DNA from: Candidatus Omnitrophota bacterium
GTDB lineage: Bacteria > Omnitrophota > Gorgyraeia > Gygaellales > Profunditerraquicolaceae
DNA: 64,000 nucleotides
Reading direction: 5' to 3'
Assembly (NCBI GenBank): GCA_018822885.1
Contig: JAHJJA010000047.1
Coordinates: 5,384-69,383 of the forward strand
The stretch's first letter is position 1. Each line of letters opens with the position of its first letter. The translations under genes were made by a program, and so were the position numbers. A model generated the notes under the pieces. It was not told where the DNA came from. It was given only the letters and a program-made list of their open reading frames with translations, and searched no databases. Shown one piece after another: positions 55,048-63,641 of the stretch.

Positions 55048-55082
55048 TAAATCCGTAGTAAATGAAGATTAGAAATCTTGGA

Positions 55083-55117
55083 CCGAAAGGTAAAGAACAC
55101 TATCTTTCGGTTTTTTT
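55083..55117 (+). terminator. Intrinsic terminator (terminator of waaA and/or attenuator in the csp leader)
   Basis: CCGAAAG-N14-CTTTCGG followed by TTTTTTT. Confidence 0.6.
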
Positions 55118-55221
55118 GTGTATGTCATTGTTTACCCCGTTAGAAAAACTAGTGTGCGGTAAAGGTGATAAAGGTTTCTAACGGGATTTACTATAATTTT
55201 AGTGAGAGGAGGTAGTAAACA

Positions 55222-55422
55222 ATGGCAAGAGGCAAAGTAAAGTGGTTCTCTAATCAGAAAGGTTATGGTTTTATCACACCTGAATCCGGTAGCGATGTAT
55301 TTGTTCATCACAGCGCTATACAGGGTGAAGGTTATAAAACCTTGACTGATGGGCAGGAAGTAGAGTTTGATATTGAGAAAGGCCCAAAGGGAGATCAGGC
55401 AGTTAACGTGGTTAAGCTTTAA
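55222..55422 (+). CDS. csp: Cold-shock protein (CspA family)
   Basis: [33 protein letters not shown]. Confidence 0.9.
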   Translation: MARGKVKWFSNQKGYGFITPESGSDVFVHHSAIQGEGYKTLTDGQEVEFDIEKGPKGDQAVNVVKL

Positions 55423-55435
55423 CCCGTAAAAACAA

Positions 55436-55472
55436 GAGCCCGGCTTTCCTTCCGGAAAAGCCGGGCTTTTTT
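55436..55472 (+). terminator. Rho-independent terminator
   Basis: GAGCCCGGCTTT-N9-AAAGCCGGGCT followed by TTTTTT. Confidence 0.8.
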
Positions 55473-55506
55473 GTTTGTAGGCTTAGAAAACAAAAAGGAG
55501 CATTAA

Positions 55507-55713
55507 ATGCATACAGGTAAAATCAAGAAGTTAGTTCGTGAAAGAGGATTTGGTTTCATTAGCGATACAGACGGAAGAGAAGTGTTTTTTCACCAGTCGA
55601 GCTTGATTGATGTGAAATTTGATTCATTGAATGAAGAAGCAAATGTGGAATTTGACATTGAGAAATCAGATAAAGGCCCGCGTGCAGTCAATGTGAAGGT
55701 TATGGCTGCCTAA
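55507..55713 (+). CDS. Cold-shock domain protein (divergent)
   Basis: 68 aa. RNP1-like RGFGFI and RNP2-like VFFHQ. Confidence 0.75.
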   Translation: MHTGKIKKLVRERGFGFISDTDGREVFFHQSSLIDVKFDSLNEEANVEFDIEKSDKGPRAVNVKVMAA

Positions 55714-55727
55714 CAAAGCAGGTAATT

Positions 55728-57020
55728 ATGAAAATAGTCCTGATAGAGCCGGCTTGCTCCGAGGCAAATGTCTATAGCAGGTTGCATATGCCCTTATTGG
55801 GGCCGGTATACCTTGGAACGATTTTAAGGGATAGAGGGCATGAGGTAGAGGTTTATAATGAGGATATCCTCCGGCCTGACTATTCTGGACTTGATGCCGA
55901 TATTATAGGCATCTCGATCCTGACTTCCACTGCCAAGCGCGGGTATGAGATCGCCCGCAGGTTCCCTAAAGAAAAAGTGATTATGGGGGGTGTGCACGCA
56001 AGCCTCCTGCCGGAAGAGGCACTTGAGGTTTGCCGGCAGGTGGTTGTCGGCGAGGCCGAAGAGGTGATTGCCGGGATAGTCGAAGGGACTATAACAGAAA
56101 GGATCGTTCAAGGTAAGGCAGTGCAAAATCTGGACAGCCTGCCGTATCCTGATTTCTCTTTGATCAAAGGCTATAAGCAGAGTTCTTTTATCTCGCCTAT
56201 TTCGACTTCCCGCGGATGCCCTTTTGATTGCACATTTTGTTCTGTGACAAAGATGTTTGGCCGCAAATACCGTTTTCGCAGCGCCCAGAATGTAATGAAA
56301 GAACTGACTTCCCGCAACGCCGGAACGCTTTTTTTCGTGGATGATAATTTTACAGCCAGCCCTTCGCGCACGCGCACTCTTTTAGAGATGATGTTAGAAC
56401 ATAAGCTTCCCACTAAATGGAGTTGTCAGGTGCGCTGTGATGTGACAAATAACGAGCACCTGCTTTCTTTAATGTCACGTGCAGGATGCACTGTTGCTTG
56501 CGTAGGTTTTGAGTCGGTAAACCAAAAAACCCTCGAGGCCTTTGACAAAAAGCAGGGGTTAGAGGATATTATCAGGGCAATAAAGTGTTTTCATAAAAAG
56601 AAGATCAAGGTCCACGGCATGTTTGTTTTGGGCGGAGATGATGACAGCGAGCATACAGTGTGGGAGACTCTTAAATTCGCTCTTAAGCAGAAAATAGATA
56701 CTATTCAGATGTCTATCCTTACTCCTTTTCCCGGCACCAAGGTCCATGATGATTTAAAGAAGGAAGGCAGGATCTTTAGCCGCGATTGGAGCCTTTATGA
56801 CGGCCAGCATATAGTTTTTAAGCCAAAAATGCTTTCTTCAAAGCAGCTGCAGTTAAGCGTATTGCAAGCCTACCGCAAGTTTTATTCACTTTCCAGGTCA
56901 GTTTCACTCTTAATCAGGCTGAAATTCCACAATGCAATGTTCCGCCTGATGGGTTATAAGATCGTCAGGGAGTGGATCGGGCATAATCGTAAATTGCACT
57001 GGATCCCGCAGGGGCAATAA
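55728..57020 (+). CDS. B12-binding domain radical SAM protein
   Basis: N-terminal cobalamin-binding-like Rossmann domain, then CPFDCTFC (CxxxCxxC) radical SAM core. Confidence 0.7.
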   Translation: MKIVLIEPACSEANVYSRLHMPLLGPVYLGTILRDRGHEVEVYNEDILRPDYSGLDADIIGISILTSTAKRGYEIARRFPKEKVIMGGVHASLLPEEALEVCRQVVVGEAEEVIAGIVEGTITERIVQGKAVQNLDSLPYPDFSLIKGYKQSSFISPISTSRGCPFDCTFCSVTKMFGRKYRFRSAQNVMKELTSRNAGTLFFVDDNFTASPSRTRTLLEMMLEHKLPTKWSCQVRCDVTNNEHLLSLMSRAGCTVACVGFESVNQKTLEAFDKKQGLEDIIRAIKCFHKKKIKVHGMFVLGGDDDSEHTVWETLKFALKQKIDTIQMSILTPFPGTKVHDDLKKEGRIFSRDWSLYDGQHIVFKPKMLSSKQLQLSVLQAYRKFYSLSRSVSLLIRLKFHNAMFRLMGYKIVREWIGHNRKLHWIPQGQ

Positions 57021-57114
57021 CTTCCCAATATTTTCTAAATTAATTCCATTTTCTTTAATATATGATAAGATATATCTATCAGTTATGAAGGATATATTCT
57101 ATCTTATGAGGATT

Positions 57115-57172
57115 AAAAGACGTTTCTAGTTTTTTAGCTAAAGTGTTAAAAACTTAGATGCGTCTTTTTTTT
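57115..57172 (+). terminator. Stem-loop with 8-nt U-tract
   Basis: AAAAGACG-N38-CGTCTTTT followed by TTTT. Confidence 0.4.
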
Positions 57173-57188
57173 AAGAAAGGGGGCCACT

Positions 57189-58310
57189 ATGGCAAAGAAA
57201 GTCACTGTTTTAGGTGCGGGAAACGCAGGGCATGCGGCTGCTTTTGAGATTTCACTAAACGGCCAGGAGGTCATGCTTTTTGAACACCCTAATTTTGCCA
57301 AAAGTTTAGACGGGATCAGGCAGAAAGGCGGTATCGAGGCGGTCAAAGAGTTGACTACAGAAGGAAAGATCGTCCCCGCTATGATGTCTGGGTTTGCTAA
57401 GATAACCGGCTTGACTACAGACCCTAAAGAGGCGATGGATTTTGCTGATATAGTAGTGATGCTTGTGCCGCAATTCGCGCAGGAGACGATCTTTAAATTA
57501 ATGATGCCCTATCTTCGCGACGGACAGATTTTTGTGGTACTGCCGGGTAACTTCGGTTCAATGATCTTTAGAAAATTGATGAAAGAAGGGGGGATCAACA
57601 AAAAAGTCACCTTTGTTGAGACGACCTCGATCCCTTACGCGGTTAGAGTCATCGCTCCGGGGACAATTTATATAGAAGGAAAAAAGTCGGCTTTCTCGGC
57701 GGCTTCTTTGCCTGCTTCAGAGATCAATAATGTGATAGAAGCGCTTAAGGATGTTTTATTTTTAAAGATCATCCCTCTTAAAAATGTGCTGGAGGTCTGG
57801 TTGTCAAACCCCAATATGATCATGCATGTGGCTACCGCCACTCTTGGGATGGGGCCGATGGAATCGAGGCAGGGAAAGATCCAGTTTTACGCGGAAGGAT
57901 GCTCGCCTTCAGTAGCAAAGGTCCTGGAAAAAGAGGATGAGGAAAGGCTTGCCGTAGGCAAGGCCTATGGTTTAGACTTGATGTCATTTGTGGATGTTGT
58001 TAATAATTTTTACGAGCTGAACATGAAGAGCATCCGTGATTTTGCCGAGCATACCCCGATTCATAACCGCATGCCTAATGATTCTCCGAAGAGCCCAAAG
58101 GAAAGATACATCAGTGAAGACTGTCCTTGCGGGCTGGTGCCTGTTTATGATTTCGGTAAGGCAGCGGGTGTAGCCTGTCCTACTATGGAGGCGATCATCA
58201 GAATAGATAATATTTACAACGATGCCGACTATTTTAAAAGCGGCATCACTTTGCAGAAACTCGGGTTATCGGGAATGAGCAAGGAGCAGATACTGGATGT
58301 TTTAAAGTGA
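57189..58310 (+). CDS. NAD(P)-dependent opine (octopine/nopaline-type) dehydrogenase family protein
   Basis: VTVLGAGNAGHAAAFE Rossmann N-terminus and a helical C-terminal domain. Family assignment by pattern recall. Confidence 0.55.
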   Translation: MAKKVTVLGAGNAGHAAAFEISLNGQEVMLFEHPNFAKSLDGIRQKGGIEAVKELTTEGKIVPAMMSGFAKITGLTTDPKEAMDFADIVVMLVPQFAQETIFKLMMPYLRDGQIFVVLPGNFGSMIFRKLMKEGGINKKVTFVETTSIPYAVRVIAPGTIYIEGKKSAFSAASLPASEINNVIEALKDVLFLKIIPLKNVLEVWLSNPNMIMHVATATLGMGPMESRQGKIQFYAEGCSPSVAKVLEKEDEERLAVGKAYGLDLMSFVDVVNNFYELNMKSIRDFAEHTPIHNRMPNDSPKSPKERYISEDCPCGLVPVYDFGKAAGVACPTMEAIIRIDNIYNDADYFKSGITLQKLGLSGMSKEQILDVLK

Positions 58311-58325
58311 AAATCGGGAGGAACG

Positions 58326-59342
58326 ATGAAGGCGGCATTTTTTGATTTAGAAGGGTGGGAGTTACCAGTAATCACGGAAGTTTTTAAGGGCAAGGGGATA
58401 GAAATAATCAGGGCAGAGAATGATCTGTTGAATAAGAATACTCTTCCTCAAATAAAAGAAGCAGAGGTTCTTTCAATCGCTTATTCCTTAGCTGATAGGG
58501 CAGTGATCGAGGCATTGCCGAATTTAAAATTGATAAGCACGCGCACTACCGGTTTTGACAATGTGGACACTGTTTTTGCCAAAGAGAAGGGGATCGGGGT
58601 TATAAATGTTCCTTCTTACGGAGAAGAGACGGTGGCAGAATATGCTATGGCTTTGATCCTGAATTTATCCCGCAGAATGAGCATGACCTTTTTAAGAAGC
58701 CTGTTCGGAGTATTCGACCAGAAAATGGTGCGCGGTAATGACCTGGAAGGAAAAACTTTAGGAGTAATCGGAACCGGCAAAATAGGCAGGAAACTGATCA
58801 AAATGGCCAGCGGTTTTGATATGAATATTATCTGTTATGATGTCTATCCGAATCAGGAGGTGGTTGATAAATATAAGGCCAAGTATGTCAGCCTCGAAGA
58901 GTTATTTAAGGCCTCGGATGTGATCTCGATCCACTCTCCTTATACGAAAGAGACGCACCACTTGATTAATTTCGATACATTAAAATCATTAAAGAAGGGT
59001 GTGCTTTTGGTGAATACCGCGCGCGGCCCGATTGTGGATACTTCGGCTATCTTGCAGGGGGTCAAAGACGGTATTTTTGGCGGTGTGGCTTTGGATACTT
59101 TTGAAGGAGAGCAGGTCTGGGTAAAAGAAGAAAGTATCATCGGTAATAAGGCCGAGCTTCCGGCGGGCGAGGTCTTTAAAAAAGGCCTGGAGTCATTCTA
59201 TCTTTTGCGCTTTAGAAATGTCATCCTTACTCCGCATAATGCATTTAACAGTCATGAGGCAGTAAGAAGGATACTTGATACCTCTGTTTCTGATATCGGC
59301 GCTTTTTGCCAAAAGGGCAATTGCGAGCATCGCGTAGTTTAA
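58326..59342 (+). CDS. D-isomer-specific 2-hydroxyacid dehydrogenase
   Basis: GxGxxG NAD site (GVIGTGKIGR) and catalytic R/E/H in the conserved order. Confidence 0.8.
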   Translation: MKAAFFDLEGWELPVITEVFKGKGIEIIRAENDLLNKNTLPQIKEAEVLSIAYSLADRAVIEALPNLKLISTRTTGFDNVDTVFAKEKGIGVINVPSYGEETVAEYAMALILNLSRRMSMTFLRSLFGVFDQKMVRGNDLEGKTLGVIGTGKIGRKLIKMASGFDMNIICYDVYPNQEVVDKYKAKYVSLEELFKASDVISIHSPYTKETHHLINFDTLKSLKKGVLLVNTARGPIVDTSAILQGVKDGIFGGVALDTFEGEQVWVKEESIIGNKAELPAGEVFKKGLESFYLLRFRNVILTPHNAFNSHEAVRRILDTSVSDIGAFCQKGNCEHRVV

Positions 59343-59353
59343 GAGGGCAGTTT

Positions 59354-60781
59354 ATGGAAGAGTTTGTTATAAAGGAAAAAGCAAGGCAAAGGTGGTTGAT
59401 CGCGCTTACTTGTGCGGTATCTCTGATGATCACCTTTGATTATAGCAGTTTGAATATTTCTATTTCTGCTATCGCGCAATATTTTGGAGTAAAAGTCGGC
59501 GTTGCAGCTTGGCTTCCGACAGTCTACCTCTTGATTATCACAAGTTCGCTTCTTGGGTTCGGAAAGCTCGGGGATATTATAGGGTATAAGAAAGTCTATG
59601 TTATGGGTTTGAGCGTATTCTGTTTAGGGGGCTTTTTATGCGCGGTCTCCCCGAGTTTTAATTTGCTTTTAGCCGCTCGTTCATTACAGTCTTTTGGCCA
59701 GGCTATGTACAGCCCGATTTGCATTGCCATGCTTACTACTTTCCTGCCCGCGGATATGAAAGGAAAGGCCCTTGGCCTTTATGCTACTTTTCAAGGGTTA
59801 GGGCTTGCCATAGGTCCTGCGGCAGGCGGTTTTATCAACAGTTATTTTAGCTGGCGAGGTAATTTTCTTATTGCTGTGCCGGTTTCCCTGTTGATCATCT
59901 TCGGGGCGGCCAAGATCATTCCATCAAGGCAGGCTAAGGCCGAGGATAAGCGTTTTGATTTTTTTGGAGCAGTTTTATTATTTATCGCTTTAGCGGCTTT
60001 GCTTTATGCTGTCAATTCCGGGGTTAAAATGGGGTGGAGCAACCCTTTGATCATTTCTTGCGGAGTCATTTCTCTGGCATCTTTCATAATATTTTTTCTT
60101 CTTGAGAAGAGGATCAGCTATCCTTTACTTGACTTGAAGTTATTTCAGAACCGCGATTTTACTTTTTCTGTCAGCGCTTCTTTTCTCGGGCTTCTTTTAA
60201 ACATGGGCATGATTTTTCTTTTTCCTTTTTACCTGCAGATGTTAAAGGGGCTGGATATTACAAAGGCAGGGCTTGTGATGGTTTGTCCTTCGATAATGAT
60301 GATGCTTTTGGCTCCTTTCTCCGGCAGTCTTTCTGACCGTATTGGCTCGCGCAAGGTGTGTTCATTCGGGATGGTCTTGGTGATTGTTGCATTTGGGCTT
60401 TTTTCTTTTTTGACGCTTAATTCAAGCCTGCTGTTTATTGTTTTGGCTTTGTTGTGTTTGGGCACCGGAATGGGTTTTTTTATAGCGCCCAATAATAAAC
60501 AGGTCATGGTGCATGCCCCTCAAGGTAAGCAGGGGGTTGCTTCCGGTGTTTATAAGATTTGTTTGAATGCCGGCTCATCGATCGGCATCGCGGTATTTAT
60601 GCTGGTGCTTGCCCAAGTCGTGCTTTTTGACGTGGCAAAAATGAATCTGATGCTTAGTGATGTGCGTAGCCATTCGGATGTTATAATGTCTGGTTTTCGC
60701 GGCGCTTTTATCTTCGGTCTCATTATTGCGGTGATAAATCTGATATTCTGCGTCCTCTCGAAGGATAAGAGGTTGGAATAG
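59354..60781 (+). CDS. MFS transporter (14-TM, DHA2-like exporter)
   Basis: Start at the ATG at 59354. About 14 TM segments and MFS motif A-like loops. Confidence 0.7.
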   Translation: MEEFVIKEKARQRWLIALTCAVSLMITFDYSSLNISISAIAQYFGVKVGVAAWLPTVYLLIITSSLLGFGKLGDIIGYKKVYVMGLSVFCLGGFLCAVSPSFNLLLAARSLQSFGQAMYSPICIAMLTTFLPADMKGKALGLYATFQGLGLAIGPAAGGFINSYFSWRGNFLIAVPVSLLIIFGAAKIIPSRQAKAEDKRFDFFGAVLLFIALAALLYAVNSGVKMGWSNPLIISCGVISLASFIIFFLLEKRISYPLLDLKLFQNRDFTFSVSASFLGLLLNMGMIFLFPFYLQMLKGLDITKAGLVMVCPSIMMMLLAPFSGSLSDRIGSRKVCSFGMVLVIVAFGLFSFLTLNSSLLFIVLALLCLGTGMGFFIAPNNKQVMVHAPQGKQGVASGVYKICLNAGSSIGIAVFMLVLAQVVLFDVAKMNLMLSDVRSHSDVIMSGFRGAFIFGLIIAVINLIFCVLSKDKRLE

Positions 60782-60871
60782 GATTTGCGTTTAGAGGAGA
60801 GATTAAAAGCTGTTGCCCGTAAAAGGAAACTGTGATAGTATCAACAATACACTGTAATTAAAGGGAATAAT

Positions 60872-61591
60872 ATGGAGATAAAAGGCAGACAAAGAGAAAG
60901 TGTTATAATCCTTGATTTGGCCGGTAAGATCGATGTAAATTCCGGCCCGTTTGTCGAAGCAGTAGGCCAGTGCCTGCGCGACGGCTACACCGATATCCTT
61001 TGTAATTTTGAAGAGGTGGATCTGGTGGATTACATGGGTATCTCTGTAATCGTGATCGCCTATAAAGAAGTGGTCAATTATCACGGCAGGATGAAGTTTG
61101 TGAATGTGCCGGCTCATGTCAGGAGTGCTCTTTCTATATGCGGCCTTGATAAAGCCATTGAGATATACGCCGATGAGGATATGGCGGTAAACACCTTTAA
61201 AGAAGACAAGATCATAGAAGATATTAAGAAAATGCAGCTTCGCCGCAGGTTTAAGCGCCTGCCTATAGATATAAAGATCGAGTTAAAGGCTAAGCGCCCA
61301 AGGGCCCCGGAGTGCTATAAATTAGACATACTTGATTTAAGCGCGATAGGCGCCTATATTTATGGCTGCGATAAATTCAAACTGGGAGATGAAGTTCTGA
61401 TAAAAATGAAACTGCCTCCCGAAAATGAAGAGATGGAGCTTGATGCTAAGGTAGTCTGGCTTCCCGATAAACAGGTCCAGCATCAGGTATATCCGGGGAT
61501 GGGGGTTGAATTTTATAATATCTCGACTTCTGCCCAAGCCAAACTCCTTAAGTTTATCGAAAGAAACCTTTCTTCTTCCCTCGCAGAGTAA
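60872..61591 (+). CDS. STAS (anti-sigma antagonist-like) domain fused to a PilZ c-di-GMP-binding domain
   Basis: N-terminal SpoIIAA-like STAS. C-terminal PilZ signatures RRRFKR (RxxxR) and DLSAIGAYIYG (DxSxxG). Confidence 0.55.
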   Translation: MEIKGRQRESVIILDLAGKIDVNSGPFVEAVGQCLRDGYTDILCNFEEVDLVDYMGISVIVIAYKEVVNYHGRMKFVNVPAHVRSALSICGLDKAIEIYADEDMAVNTFKEDKIIEDIKKMQLRRRFKRLPIDIKIELKAKRPRAPECYKLDILDLSAIGAYIYGCDKFKLGDEVLIKMKLPPENEEMELDAKVVWLPDKQVQHQVYPGMGVEFYNISTSAQAKLLKFIERNLSSSLAE

Positions 61592-61713
61592 TCTTCTTAC
61601 CTGTTTTGATTTTTACCTATCCTTTTGTGTTTCTTAGGCTTGTTTGCCTGATAAAACGATTGCGCTAGTTTAGCGATTGTGATAAAATATTAGTTTAAAA
61701 TAGGGGGTGATCC

Positions 61714-61986
61714 ATGGATTGGAAGGTGTTTTTTATGACTTTCGGGGCGGTGTTTTTTGCGGAGCTGGCGGATAAGACCCAGCTGGTAGGAATAGGCATG
61801 ACTTCTAAGACCGGTAAACCTCTATCTGTCTGGTTTGGTTCAGTTTGCGCGTATATGATAGTAACCCTTTTGTCGGTATTAATAGGAATGGTTTTAAGTA
61901 AGCACCTTAATCCCGATCTTATTAGATACTCCGGGGCAGCGCTTTTTATAATCATCGGGGTGTTGATGATTTTTAAAATATTGTAA
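61714..61986 (+). CDS. Single-repeat UPF0016 (GDT1/TMEM165-type) membrane protein
   Basis: 90 aa, 3 TM. FFAELADKTQL resembles the E-x-G-D-(K/R)-(T/S) family motif, with A replacing G. Confidence 0.5.
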   Translation: MDWKVFFMTFGAVFFAELADKTQLVGIGMTSKTGKPLSVWFGSVCAYMIVTLLSVLIGMVLSKHLNPDLIRYSGAALFIIIGVLMIFKIL

Positions 61987-61999
61987 CTAGGAGGGATCA

Positions 62000-62590
62000 A
62001 TGAAAAGAATTGAACGCTATCTAATAACGGGTTTAGCTGTTGTAGGGCCGGTTTTCTTAAGCGTTTATCTTTTGATTGTTGTTTTCCAGTTTATTGACGG
62101 CATATTGGGCAGGCTAGTAAACTCCTTATTGAAAAATCACCTGGGGTTTACTATTCCCGGGCTTGGTTTTGTGCTGTTTTTCTTGGTGTTAATCTTTGTA
62201 GGCTTTTTGGCAAATCGTTTTCTTGGCCGCAGGATGGGACAGCAGATTGAGAAATGGTTTTCCGGCCTTCCTTTGATCAATTTGGTATATCCGACTATAA
62301 AGCAGATCATCCTATTTATCTCTGCCCAAAAGGAGTTTGGTTTTAAAAGAGTTGTTTTAGTGGAGTACCCCTCTAAAGGAATCTGGTCTTTAGGTTTTAT
62401 AACTAATGAGCAATTCTATAAGATAAATACAGCTTTAAGCAGGGACATGATCGCAGTTTTTATCCCTAGTACTCCCGGGCCCTTATCCGGGTTTTTTATC
62501 TTTGTGCCCAGAGAGGAGCTTAAGTTTCCCGATATTTCCGTGGGGGAAGCCCTGAAAATAATTATTTCCGGGGGGGTATTTAAACCTTAA
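62000..62590 (+). CDS. DUF502-family membrane protein
   Basis: Two N-terminal TM helices plus a conserved C-terminal domain. Confidence 0.5.
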   Translation: MKRIERYLITGLAVVGPVFLSVYLLIVVFQFIDGILGRLVNSLLKNHLGFTIPGLGFVLFFLVLIFVGFLANRFLGRRMGQQIEKWFSGLPLINLVYPTIKQIILFISAQKEFGFKRVVLVEYPSKGIWSLGFITNEQFYKINTALSRDMIAVFIPSTPGPLSGFFIFVPREELKFPDISVGEALKIIISGGVFKP

Positions 62591-62594
62591 CGGT

Positions 62595-63641
62595 ATGAAA
62601 AACTATCTTTTTAGTCTAGCTACTGACAAGAACAAAAACGTTATAGCCGGGGTTTTGAAGTTTCTTTTATTCTTGCTGTCTGTTGCCTATGGCGGTATAG
62701 TCCGGATCCTGATTTACGTTAATCAAAAAAGAGCAGTTACCTTAAATTGTAAAGTAATCAGCGTTGGGAATATAACTTTAGGAGGCACCGGAAAGACTTC
62801 TTTAGTAGAATTTATTGCCCGGTTTTTAAAGCAAAAAGGGAAAAAAATAGCGGTTCTAAGCAGGGGGTATAAGAGGGTTATGATGTCGCAGGATGGGGAT
62901 TGTCGCCAGATGGGGGATGAGCCTTATATGCTGCAGCGTAACTTAAAGGATGTCCCGGTCATTGTGGATGCTGACAGAGTTCGTGGAGCTGCCAAGGCGA
63001 TAAAGGATTTCGGCGCAGACACTGTTATTCTTGATGATGGTTTTCAGCAGTGGAAAATCAGAAAAGATCTGGAGATCGTCTCTATCGACGCTACCTGCCC
63101 CTTTGGCAATAGAAACATGCTTCCGCGGGGGATTTTGCGTGAGCCGTTATCCTCGCTAAGGCGCGCAGACATTTTTGTTTTAACCAAATCCAATCTTAAG
63201 CGGGATGTCGGCGGTATTAAATCTGTCTTAAATAAACTTAATCCTAAGGCTTTGATTTTTGAATCTGTCCATGAGCCGGTAGGCTTTTACGAGGCTAATG
63301 ATCTAGGCAAGGGGCTTGCTCTTGATTCTTTTAGGGGAAAAAGAGTAATTTTATTTTCCGGTATAGGCGATCCGGATTCTTTTGAGAATCTGGTCAGAAG
63401 TTTAGAGATAAAAGTCGTATCACACTTTAGATTTGGCGACCACCACTATTATTCGCAGGAAGATTTGAATAATATCACTAAGGCCGCTCAAGAGAATGGG
63501 GCAGAAGCGGTTATAACTACGGAAAAGGATGCAGTGAGATTAGGGGCAGGTAAGTCGCAAGTGCTAGTGTTTAAGATAGAGGTAAAGATAAAAGATGAAG
63601 AAAGATTTTTTAATAGATTACTCAAGTTATATTCTGTTTAG
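62595..63641 (+). CDS. lpxK: Tetraacyldisaccharide 4'-kinase
   Basis: VISVGNITLGGTGKTSLV P-loop after an N-terminal TM anchor. Confidence 0.8.
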   Translation: MKNYLFSLATDKNKNVIAGVLKFLLFLLSVAYGGIVRILIYVNQKRAVTLNCKVISVGNITLGGTGKTSLVEFIARFLKQKGKKIAVLSRGYKRVMMSQDGDCRQMGDEPYMLQRNLKDVPVIVDADRVRGAAKAIKDFGADTVILDDGFQQWKIRKDLEIVSIDATCPFGNRNMLPRGILREPLSSLRRADIFVLTKSNLKRDVGGIKSVLNKLNPKALIFESVHEPVGFYEANDLGKGLALDSFRGKRVILFSGIGDPDSFENLVRSLEIKVVSHFRFGDHHYYSQEDLNNITKAAQENGAEAVITTEKDAVRLGAGKSQVLVFKIEVKIKDEERFFNRLLKLYSV

